A model generated the notes under the pieces. It was not told where the DNA came from, did no database searches, and saw only the letters and a program-made list of their open reading frames with translations. A stretch of DNA of 64,000 nucleotides, from contig SLJO01000178.1 in the NCBI GenBank assembly GCA_007135095.1, positions 83 to 64,082 of the forward strand, given 5' to 3'. The DNA is from Bacteroidales bacterium. GTDB taxonomy: Bacteria; Bacteroidota; Bacteroidia; Bacteroidales; PUMT01. Made by a program: the position numbers and the translations under genes. How positions within the stretch are numbered: the first letter of the stretch is position 1; each line of letters opens with the position of its first letter. Shown here piece by piece: positions 55,834-64,000 of this stretch.

Positions 55834-58800
55834 TTATACCTGAACCCCTACCTTTCCGTGACAGTGTTTATATTTTTTACCACTGCCGCAGGGACAGGGT
55901 TCGTTCCTGCCTACTTTTTTCTCAACCTTGACGGGCTGGGATCTTTGTTTTTCCTGGGTATTAGCCATCATTTCATTTCTGCGGCTGGTTTCGTAACGAC
56001 TCATATCAAGCCGCCTCCGCTGTTCGGCCTCCCTTACCTGACTGGCATCCCTTATTGGAATGTGTCCCTTCATCAGGGTTGCCACAATATCTCTGTTAAC
56101 CCTGCCAATCATGGTCTTAAAGAGCTCAAAAGATTCAAATTTATATATCAGTAACGGATCTTTTTGTTCATAGGTTGCAGTCTGGACCGATTGCTTGAGG
56201 TCGTCCATCTCCCTTAGATGTTCTTTCCATAATTCATCTATAACCATCAGAATGGCGGTCTTCTGGTAAGACTTGACTATATCCCTTCCTTCTGTTTCAT
56301 AGGCCTTTTTCAAATTGGTAACTACCTGGAAAACCTTGCTTCCGTCGGATATGGGGACAACGATATTTTCATATAAATGAGAGCTTTTTTCATAAACATC
56401 CTTTATTACCGGATAAGCCTGCCTGGCGATTATTTGAACCTTGCGCCTGAAAGTTTCATTGATGAGAGTCCGCATTTTATCCATTATGTCATTTGCGCTC
56501 ATCTGCCTGAACTCCTCTTCAGACACAGGTGATTCCATTGAAAACAGGCGGATCAGCTCCATGTTGAACCCTTCATAGTCAGTTGCATCATGATACTGGA
56601 AAACTATATTTTCGCACACATCCAGCATCATATTGGAGATCTCCATGTCTATGCGTTCTCCCTTCAGAGAATTTTTTCTTTTCGAATATATCACTTCACG
56701 CTGGGCATTCATCACGTCATCATATTCCAGAAGCCTTTTGCGGATGCCAAAGTTGTTTTCTTCAACTTTTTTCTGCGCCCTCTCTATTGATTTTGTGATC
56801 ATGGAATGCTGTATAACCTCGCCTTCCTTCAATCCCATCCTGTCCATTAACTTAGCGATACGGTCGGATCCAAACAATCGCATAAGATTATCCTCCAGGG
56901 AGGCAAAGAATTGTGAAGACCCCGGGTCACCCTGTCTTCCGGCTCTTCCTCGCAGCTGCCGGTCCACCCTGCGCGATTCATGCCGTTCTGTACCTACGAT
57001 AGCAAGTCCTCCGGCGGCCCTGACTTCCGGGGTAAGTTTAATGTCGGTACCCCTCCCTGCCATATTGGTTGCTATAGTAACCGTTCTGGCATGTCCTGCC
57101 TCAGCAACGATATCTGCCTCTTTCTGATGCAATTTGGCATTGAGCACATTATGCTTTATGCCTTTCATTTTCAGGGTGCGGCTCAACAGTTCGGAAATCT
57201 CCACTGAGGTTGTGCCCACAAGCACCGGCCGGTTTTTATTGACCAGGTCGATAATCTCATCTGTTACGGCATTATATTTTTCCCGCTTTGTCTTGTAAAC
57301 CAGGTCTTCCCGGTCATCCCTTATTATCGGTTTATTGGTGGGTATAACAACCACATCAAGCTTGTAGATATTCCAGAATTCACCGGCTTCGGTTTCTGCT
57401 GTTCCGGTCATGCCGGCAAGCTTGTCATACATTCTGAAATAGTTCTGAAGCGTTATAGTGGCAAAGGTCTGGGTAGCCGCCTCGATCTTCACTTTTTCCT
57501 TGGCTTCGATAGCCTGGTGAAGCCCGTCGCTGTAACGCCTTCCTTCCATGATACGGCCGGTTTGTTCATCTACTATCTTGACCTTGTTTTCCATAACAAC
57601 ATATTCCACATCCTTTTCGAACATGGTATATGCCTTGAGCAGCTGGTTTATGGTATGTACCCTTTCCGATTTAATGGCGTAGTCACGCAGCAGGTTGTCT
57701 TTTTTCAGGATTTTTTCTTCAGTGGGAAGGTCCGACTTTTCCAGTTCGGCCACCTCACTGCCAATGTCGGGAAGTATAAAAAAGGCCTCATCATCCGATG
57801 CGGAAGTTATCAGATCAATACCTTTGTCCGTCAACTCAATGGAATTGATTTTTTCATCGATAACAAAAAACAGCTCGTCGGTAACTTTAAACATGTTCTT
57901 GCCCTTTTCCTGCATGTAAAAGTTTTCGGTCTTTAGCATAAGGGCTTTATTGCCATGTTCACTTAATAGCTTGATAAGGGTTTTGTTTTTCGGCAGTCCT
58001 TTGAATGCCCTGAAAAGCAGAAATCCCCCTTCTTCGGTATCGCCTGAAGCCAGGGCTTTTCGTGCCTGTACAATAATATCATTAACAAGTTTGCGCTGGG
58101 CGGCTACCAGGTTTTCAACCTTGGGTTTCATTTCATCGAAAAGCTGGTTTTCGCCTTTTGCAACCGGTCCGGAAATAATCAGCGGGGTACGGGCATCATC
58201 GATTAAAACCGAGTCAACCTCATCCACAATAGCGTAATTATGTGGTCGCTGCACCAGGTCTCCCGGATTGATTGCCATATTATCCCGCAGGTAGTCAAAA
58301 CCAAATTCATTGTTTGTGCCGAAAGTAACATCAGCTATATAGGCTTTTCTCCGGTCTTCGGAATTTGGCTGGTGCTTGTCAATGCAGTCGACAGAAAGGC
58401 CGTGGAACTCGTAAAGCGGACCCATCCATTCGGCATCACGGCGGGCCAGGTAATCGTTTACCGTAACTATATGCACTCCTCTGCCCGACAAGGCATTCAG
58501 GAACACAGGCAGGGTTGCGACAAGGGTTTTCCCCTCGCCGGTTGCCATCTCAGCTATTTTGCCGGTATGTAATACAATACCACCGATGAGCTGCACGTCA
58601 TAATGGACCATATCCCACTGGATCTCTGTTCCTCCTGCTGTCCACCGATTTTTCCAAACGGCCTTGTCACCCTTGATTTCCACACTGTTCCTCGTGGCCG
58701 CCAGGTTGCGGTCAAAATCATTTGCCGTTACCTCAATTTCTGAATTTTCCTTGAAACGTCTTGCTGTTTCCTTGATTATTGAGAAAGCCTCAGGTAAAAT

Positions 58801-59124
58801 GCTGACCAGTACTTCCTGCAATGTGGAGTTTATTTCTTTTTCAAGCCTGTCTATTTTTTTGTAAATTTCTTCCTTATCATCCAGATCAACCTGATCGCTT
58901 TCCGCCTGTTCCTTAAGTGAAGCAATTTCCTGCTCATCCTTTCTGATCGCATCCCTGACAGTCTGTTTAAGTTCCGAGGAAAGTGACCGGAGTTCATCGT
59001 TTGAAAGGGGGACAACCTTGTCATAAGCCCCGATCACCTTATTAAGCAGGGGAGTAACCTCCTTAATATCGCGAGTCGATTTGTTGCCGAAAAGACTGCC
59101 CATAAAACTATTGAATATACCCAT
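55834..59124 (-). CDS. secA: Preprotein translocase ATPase SecA
   Basis: [45 protein letters not shown] and the C-terminal zinc motif [14 protein letters not shown]. The ATG at 59124 ([15 protein letters not shown]) is preferred over the upstream TTG at 59148. Confidence 0.97.
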   Translation of the reverse strand: MGIFNSFMGSLFGNKSTRDIKEVTPLLNKVIGAYDKVVPLSNDELRSLSSELKQTVRDAIRKDEQEIASLKEQAESDQVDLDDKEEIYKKIDRLEKEINSTLQEVLVSILPEAFSIIKETARRFKENSEIEVTANDFDRNLAATRNSVEIKGDKAVWKNRWTAGGTEIQWDMVHYDVQLIGGIVLHTGKIAEMATGEGKTLVATLPVFLNALSGRGVHIVTVNDYLARRDAEWMGPLYEFHGLSVDCIDKHQPNSEDRRKAYIADVTFGTNNEFGFDYLRDNMAINPGDLVQRPHNYAIVDEVDSVLIDDARTPLIISGPVAKGENQLFDEMKPKVENLVAAQRKLVNDIIVQARKALASGDTEEGGFLLFRAFKGLPKNKTLIKLLSEHGNKALMLKTENFYMQEKGKNMFKVTDELFFVIDEKINSIELTDKGIDLITSASDDEAFFILPDIGSEVAELEKSDLPTEEKILKKDNLLRDYAIKSERVHTINQLLKAYTMFEKDVEYVVMENKVKIVDEQTGRIMEGRRYSDGLHQAIEAKEKVKIEAATQTFATITLQNYFRMYDKLAGMTGTAETEAGEFWNIYKLDVVVIPTNKPIIRDDREDLVYKTKREKYNAVTDEIIDLVNKNRPVLVGTTSVEISELLSRTLKMKGIKHNVLNAKLHQKEADIVAEAGHARTVTIATNMAGRGTDIKLTPEVRAAGGLAIVGTERHESRRVDRQLRGRAGRQGDPGSSQFFASLEDNLMRLFGSDRIAKLMDRMGLKEGEVIQHSMITKSIERAQKKVEENNFGIRKRLLEYDDVMNAQREVIYSKRKNSLKGERIDMEISNMMLDVCENIVFQYHDATDYEGFNMELIRLFSMESPVSEEEFRQMSANDIMDKMRTLINETFRRKVQIIARQAYPVIKDVYEKSSHLYENIVVPISDGSKVFQVVTNLKKAYETEGRDIVKSYQKTAILMVIDELWKEHLREMDDLKQSVQTATYEQKDPLLIYKFESFELFKTMIGRVNRDIVATLMKGHIPIRDASQVREAEQRRRLDMSRYETSRRNEMMANTQEKQRSQPVKVEKKVGRNEPCPCGSGKKYKHCHGKVGVQV

Positions 59125-59163
59125 CTTGAAAGAAATATTTTTATACAAAAATGTTAGTTACTG

Positions 59164-59171
59164 CAAAGTTA
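59164..59171 (-). promoter_or_regulatory. Candidate -7 promoter box for secA (TAACTTTG on the minus strand)
   Basis: The reverse complement of caaagtta matches TAnnTTTG, 39 nt upstream of the secA ATG. No convincing -33 element. Confidence 0.35.
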
Positions 59172-59349
59172 ACGAAATTTGGGCTATATAATTATTTTGC
59201 AGGGTGCTAATTTTCGGATGGCGCGCGGGTAAGCAGGCTGTCGTGACTTGCCGGAAATGCTGGAATTAAGTGATAACTTGTTTCCTGCAGCTTACATAAA
59301 ACATCTCCCCGAGGCGGTTTATAATCATCCGATGCCTCCTGGTATGGAT

Positions 59350-61005
59350 TTAATTACGGCGCAAACCGGCTTCTTCATCTCTTGCAGCGCGGAATTCGCT
59401 TTCTGGCGCCCAATTGGGAAAGTCGTCATTGTTTGCCAGTTCATTTCCAATACTGTAAAAAAACCACAGATCCTGGTGTATGCCACTGTAATCCCACAGA
59501 TCATGAACAACATCGGAAGGCTGGTGGTAGCGCCTGGCATAATCCTGGCTTACCATTTCTGAATAGTCTTCATCACGGCCGATATAATCTGATCCGCCGT
59601 TGGCATATATCATCGGAACTCCCTGTTTTGCCATGTTAAAATGGTCAGACCGGTAGTAATAGCCTCTTTCCGGGTATGGGTTGGGCTTAACCACGCGATC
59701 CTGTTCTTCGGCATGCCGTTTCATATATTCATCAAGCTCTGAAAATCCGTAGCCGACTGCCACTATATCTCTTGTGGGGCCGTAAACATTGAGTGCGTCC
59801 ATATTGATGCCCGCAACGGTGGTTGCAATTGGGAAAAGGGGGTTTTCGGAATAATACCGTGAACCAAGCAGACCTGATTCTTCTGCTGTAACAGCCATGA
59901 ATACGATCGAGCGCCTGGGGGACTCCCCGCTTTGCATGAACCGCTCGGCGATAGCCATAAGGCCTGCTACGCCCGTGGCGTTGTCGACGGCGCCGTTATA
60001 TATCTGCACTTCTCCATCAGCTTCGACCATGCCAAGATGATCCCAGTGGCCCATGTATATAACTGTTTCATCCGGATACTCACTTCCCTCTATATATCCT
60101 ATCACATTGTTGCAGTCGGCAAAATCAAATTCATTGTTGAAGGAAACAGATGCCGTGAGGCCCATAGGCTCAGGTTTGAACCCCTTTTCACTGGCACGAA
60201 CGAGTGCATCTTCAAAATCAATGCCTGCCTTCCTGAAGATATTTCTTGCCGGATCTTCGTGAATCCATCCCTCTGCCAGCAAGCGCTCAGTTTCTCCTTT
60301 AGATGCAACTCCATATTGCGTTCCCGACCATGAATTCCTTACTACATCCCAGCCGTAACTGGCCGGTTCGGTCTGGTGTATGATAATTGCCGCAGCAGCA
60401 CCCTGACGGGCGGCTTCTTCAAACTTGTATGTCCACCGTCCGTAATAGGTCATGGCATTGCCCGTAAACATTGAGTCGTCACCGGTTGCAAACCCGGGAT
60501 CATTGACCAGGACAATAACCGTTTTGCCTTCAGCGTCAAGTCCCTCATAATCGTTCCAGTTGTATTCAGGTGCAACTATGCCGTATCCGGCAAAAACAAG
60601 CTCGCTGTCTTCGATGCTTACTGCTTCCTGCATCCTGTAGGTCCCTATTACCATGTCATCAAGGTAGCTGAGGGAAATATCCTCTCCGTTTCCGGATACT
60701 GTAAGCGGCGAGAAATTTGAACCCGTCACTTCCATCAGGGGGACCGGCTGCAGGTATGAATCGCCGTTGGCCGGTTTCAGCCCTATTTCAGTAAACCGTG
60801 ATTTGATATATTCAACTGCTTTTTCGCCTCCGGGAGTAGCGGGTGCGCGACCCTCAAACTCATCAGAAGCAAGGATCCGAATGTCTTCTTCCAGGTTGTG
60901 TCCGAAAATTTCAATTTCACCTCCGGGTGATGAACATGCTGCTGCAAACAACAGAAGGACAACTGAGAGGAAGGCTGAAGCCGTTAATGATTTTTTTTGT
61001 AGCAT
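59350..61005 (-). CDS. M28-family aminopeptidase with PA domain (lipoprotein)
   Basis: Lipoprotein signal (LLLFAAACSS). Zinc-ligand motifs MGHWDHLG, DNATGVAGL and VTAEESGLLGS, with SDHFNM near the C-terminus. Confidence 0.85.
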   Translation of the reverse strand: MLQKKSLTASAFLSVVLLLFAAACSSPGGEIEIFGHNLEEDIRILASDEFEGRAPATPGGEKAVEYIKSRFTEIGLKPANGDSYLQPVPLMEVTGSNFSPLTVSGNGEDISLSYLDDMVIGTYRMQEAVSIEDSELVFAGYGIVAPEYNWNDYEGLDAEGKTVIVLVNDPGFATGDDSMFTGNAMTYYGRWTYKFEEAARQGAAAAIIIHQTEPASYGWDVVRNSWSGTQYGVASKGETERLLAEGWIHEDPARNIFRKAGIDFEDALVRASEKGFKPEPMGLTASVSFNNEFDFADCNNVIGYIEGSEYPDETVIYMGHWDHLGMVEADGEVQIYNGAVDNATGVAGLMAIAERFMQSGESPRRSIVFMAVTAEESGLLGSRYYSENPLFPIATTVAGINMDALNVYGPTRDIVAVGYGFSELDEYMKRHAEEQDRVVKPNPYPERGYYYRSDHFNMAKQGVPMIYANGGSDYIGRDEDYSEMVSQDYARRYHQPSDVVHDLWDYSGIHQDLWFFYSIGNELANNDDFPNWAPESEFRAARDEEAGLRRN

Positions 61006-61110
61006 TTGTTGTGATATTTAATTGGACTTGATTTTTGGTACGTCGCTTTATATTACGTCTTTTAATACTTAATATCTGAATATCAGGATAGTGGTATTTA
61101 ACTAACGTAT

Positions 61111-61145
61111 AAAAGCTCCCCATGGTATATTCAATGAGGAGCTTT
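61111..61145 (-). terminator. Candidate terminator hairpin downstream of ferritin
   Basis: aaaagctcc / ggagcttt arms with an 18-nt loop. On the minus strand the stem ends in TTTT. The loop is long, so confidence is modest. Confidence 0.4.
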
Positions 61146-61165
61146 CTGTTTTGGCATTTTGATTT

Positions 61166-61666
61166 TTACCCTTGTGATTCTTCTGAGCGCAAAGTCAAAA
61201 TATCCCGGTCAAACAGGTAAAGAGGACCGTCACCCAGTAAATTGAGCTTGTCAAGAATGTTATTGGCCGATGCTTCCTCTTCAATCTGCTCGGTAACAAA
61301 CCACTGGACCCAGTTATGGGTAGTATAGTCCTTTTCCTGCATGCAAACGGTAACAATCTCATTTATCGAAGCTGTGACATACTGCTCATGCTCAAGCACC
61401 TGATCGAACATCGGTTTTACCCCGGTGTAATCAACAGGTGGTTTTGCAAACGCAGGTATTATTGTCCTGCCTCCGCGTTCATTGATATAGGCTATTATCT
61501 TGAGCATGTGTTCACGCTCTTCTTCAGCCTGGGCATACAGCCACTTTGCAATACCCTCGTAACCTCTGGATTCCGCCCATGAGGCCATGGCAAGGTAAAG
61601 GTTGGATGAATAACCTTCTTTTTCAACCTGCACGTTAAGGATTTCTTCTACTTTTTTATTCAGCAT
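61166..61666 (-). CDS. ftnA: Non-heme ferritin
   Basis: 166 aa. QVEKEGYSSNLYLAMASW...EEEREHMLKII ferroxidase-centre residues in the classical four-helix ferritin layout. Confidence 0.92.
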   Translation of the reverse strand: MLNKKVEEILNVQVEKEGYSSNLYLAMASWAESRGYEGIAKWLYAQAEEEREHMLKIIAYINERGGRTIIPAFAKPPVDYTGVKPMFDQVLEHEQYVTASINEIVTVCMQEKDYTTHNWVQWFVTEQIEEEASANNILDKLNLLGDGPLYLFDRDILTLRSEESQG

Positions 61667-61830
61667 ATTTTTCAGATGTTTATTTAGATTAATATTAAGG
61701 CCTGGGCTCCGGGTAAATTAAATGATTAAGGCAGAGCTGGTGCCAAGGTGAATTGTCCGGGCGTATCGTTCATGGATCCTTATGGTTTCCCGGCAAGCCA
61801 TTTTGCCTGCTACAGCCGTATTGCCCGTTA

Positions 61831-63102
61831 TCAGTCCATGTTGTTAATTATTTCCCTGCCAAAACCCGAACATGATACCTTCTTTGCGTCGGGCATCAGT
61901 CGCGCGAAATCATATGTAACAGTTTTGTTCAGGATAGCCTTTTGCAGGCCCTCCGTTATTTTACCGGCAGCCTCGCCCCAGCCCAGGTATTCAAGCATCA
62001 TTACGGCGGAAAGGATCACCGATCCGGGGTTAACCTGGTCAAGCCCGGCATATTTTGGTGCAGTGCCATGGGTTGCTTCAAAAATGGCATGGCCGGTTTC
62101 ATAATTTATGTTTGCACCAGGGGCTATGCCAATGCCTCCCACGATGGCTGCCAGTGCATCGGATATATAATCACCATTAAGGTTCATTGTGGCAATAACC
62201 GAGTATTCTGCCGGCCTGGTAAGTATTTGCTGCAGGAATGCGTCGGCAATCACATCCTTGACAAGCAGGCGGCCTGAGCTGAGCGCATCATCCTGGGCCT
62301 TGTTTGCGGCATTCTTGCCCTGCTTTTCTGCAATTTCATCATACTGCTTCCATGTAAATACCTTATCGGCGAATTCCTTTTCGGCCAGTTCATATCCCCA
62401 CTGCTTGAATTGCCCTTCAGTGAATTTCATTATATTTCCCTTATGGACAAGGGTGACCGAATCTCTTTTTTCCTTCAGGGCAAACCTTATTGCCGCCCTT
62501 ACCAGTCGCTCGCTGCCTTCACGGGAAACAGGCTTGACCCCTATTGATGAGGAATCCGGAAACCGGATGCTTGTTACATTCATTTCCCCGGTAAGGAAAT
62601 CAACAACTTTTTTATTTTCCTCGGTGCCGGCAAGCCATTCTATGCCTGCATAAATATCTTCTGAATTTTCACGGAAGATCACCATGTCCGTAGTTGTAGG
62701 GTCCTTGACAGGTGTGGGTACCCCTTTGTAATATTTAACCGGTCTCAGGCAGGTATAAAGATCCAGTTTCTGGCGCAGTGCCACGTTGAGTGAACGAATG
62801 CCCCCTCCAACCGGGGTTGTAAGAGGACCTTTTATTGCAACCAGGTATTTTGTTATATTATCCAGTGTTTCCTGTGGGAGCCATTCGCCGGTAGCTTTAT
62901 AGGATTTTTCCCCGGCAAGGATTTCTTTCCACTTTATTTTTCTTTTGCCCCTGTATGCTTTTTCAACTGCGGCGTCTATAACACTAACGGAAGCAGCCCA
63001 AATATCCGGCCCTGTCCCGTCACCCTCAATAAAAGGGATCACGGGTGTATCAGGAACAACCAGGTTGCCTTTTTCAATTTTAATAATATCATTTTCCATC
63101 AT
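61831..63102 (-). CDS. icd: NADP-dependent isocitrate dehydrogenase (homodimeric type)
   Basis: [50 protein letters not shown] and HGTAPKYAG motifs. Confidence 0.95.
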   Translation of the reverse strand: MMENDIIKIEKGNLVVPDTPVIPFIEGDGTGPDIWAASVSVIDAAVEKAYRGKRKIKWKEILAGEKSYKATGEWLPQETLDNITKYLVAIKGPLTTPVGGGIRSLNVALRQKLDLYTCLRPVKYYKGVPTPVKDPTTTDMVIFRENSEDIYAGIEWLAGTEENKKVVDFLTGEMNVTSIRFPDSSSIGVKPVSREGSERLVRAAIRFALKEKRDSVTLVHKGNIMKFTEGQFKQWGYELAEKEFADKVFTWKQYDEIAEKQGKNAANKAQDDALSSGRLLVKDVIADAFLQQILTRPAEYSVIATMNLNGDYISDALAAIVGGIGIAPGANINYETGHAIFEATHGTAPKYAGLDQVNPGSVILSAVMMLEYLGWGEAAGKITEGLQKAILNKTVTYDFARLMPDAKKVSCSGFGREIINNMD

Positions 63103-63114
63103 TCATATTGGTTT

Positions 63115-64000
63115 TTATTCGAAATCAAGGTTGAATCTCTGTCGGAATCTTGCCAGTTCAGGGTTTTTCGTGAGCATTTTCTCGTATTTGTCTTCTGGCA
63201 GGTACAGCCGGCTTTCCTGAAGAGTTTCATTAATGCACAGCTCCAGTTCTATATTGCTGTTTAATGCGCGTTTCAGATGGCTTAACAATTCGGGCCGTAT
63301 TTTGTTCAGGGCCTCTTGTTGCAGGGGATTGCTGATTTCAAACCGGATACTGGTCTGGCTGTTTATCTCAGGCTTGTTTGCCATAAGGGTGTTGTAAAGC
63401 CTTGGGTGCTTCTTTCTTATCTGGTTGGCAAATTTCCTCCATTGTTCCATCAGCTCATTTTCTGTGAAGTCTTCCCCGTCTTCCTGCACCGTCAGAGTTT
63501 CATCATCGTCATCACCCTCCGGTGCTTCCTGCTGTATATCGCATGCCTGTGCTGTTATGCTTCCCTTAAGAACATTTTTTATGGAATATGTATTATTGAT
63601 AACATTGCCGTGGTAACCAACAGGGTTTGTTCCGGGCACTGCTGCCGGAGCTTCCGGTACGGCAGGGTTTTCAGCAACGGAAGGGTTACCGGGCACCGAA
63701 GGAGCTTCCGGTACGGCAGGGTTTTCAGCAACGGAAGGGTTACCGGGCACCGAAGGAGCTTCCGGTACGGCAGGGTTTTCTGATGCCGGAGTGTTCCCGG
63801 GCACCGAAGGAGCTTCCGGTACGGCAGGGTTTTCTGATGCCGGAGGTATTAGGGCTTCCGGGGAAGAAGAAGTATTATCGCTGGCGGCAGCCACTGCATC
63901 ACGCTCCCGGCTCAGGGGCTTGTCAGTGTGGGGTGTGGAAGAAACTGAAACCTCTTTTTTTAAGCGGATTGAACCAGGTTCAGATTTTTTTTTTTCGGTG
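63115..64000 (-). CDS. dnaX: Probable DNA polymerase III subunit gamma/tau, C-terminal part (5' end outside window)
   Basis: The reading frame stays open from 63894 to the window edge (no minus-strand stop in frame). It has a Lys-rich segment, a Pro-rich 18-aa tandem repeat linker, then a conserved-looking C-domain (ELMEQWRKFANQIRKKHPRLYNTLMANKPEI...IRPELLSHLKRALNSNIELEL) that resembles Bacteroidota DnaX C-termini from memory. Not verifiable without the N-terminal clamp-loader domain. Confidence 0.6.
   Translation of the reverse strand, partial: TEKKKSEPGSIRLKKEVSVSSTPHTDKPLSRERDAVAAASDNTSSSPEALIPPASENPAVPEAPSVPGNTPASENPAVPEAPSVPGNPSVAENPAVPEAPSVPGNPSVAENPAVPEAPAAVPGTNPVGYHGNVINNTYSIKNVLKGSITAQACDIQQEAPEGDDDDETLTVQEDGEDFTENELMEQWRKFANQIRKKHPRLYNTLMANKPEINSQTSIRFEISNPLQQEALNKIRPELLSHLKRALNSNIELELCINETLQESRLYLPEDKYEKMLTKNPELARFRQRFNLDFE
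63647..63862. repeat. Four tandem copies of a 54-nt unit (encodes ENPAVPEAPSVPGNPSVA-type repeat)
   Basis: Units start at 63647, 63701, 63755 and 63809. The ggagcttccggtacggcagggttttc core is identical in all four, copies 1-2 are identical over the full 54 nt, and copies 3-4 diverge in the second half. Confidence 0.9.

Overview
This 64-kb segment looks like core chromosome from a Bacteroidota (Bacteroidales-like) anaerobe. Supporting signs: Shine-Dalgarno sequences are almost absent, TAnnTTTG -7 promoter boxes are present, and there is a complete Bat/MoxR aerotolerance operon, a V-type ATPase and 2-oxoacid:ferredoxin oxidoreductase genes. About 55 protein genes are densely packed. They include dnaA, secA, rpsF-rpsR-rplI, queA, icd, pncB-pncA, ferritin, an NRAMP transporter, an LptD-like protein, an amidase, MlaD and the 3' part of a probable dnaX. 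There is one clear RNA gene, a type-A RNase P RNA (rnpB). I found no rRNA, tRNA, CRISPR array, transposase, integrase or prophage signature, so this is not an obvious accessory island. The observations most worth follow-up are: (1) two in-frame poly-A slippery runs in the probable dnaX, each with a near-immediate -1-frame stop, a candidate tau/gamma recoding site at the window edge; (2) a fused polyprenol-kinase-like plus DUF92 (VTE6-like) membrane protein lying convergent to a MenA-family prenyltransferase; (3) a family-1 encapsulin with an encapsulated-ferritin cargo that carries a C-terminal targeting peptide; (4) a co-directional run of YdiJ-like FAD/FeS dehydrogenase, Na+/solute symporter, family-III CoA-transferase and 2-oxoacid:ferredoxin oxidoreductase, which suggests a 2-hydroxyacid catabolic pathway; (5) a Tat-signal-bearing DegT-type aminotransferase. 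All functional calls come from reading the translated ORFs for family motifs. No database search was run.
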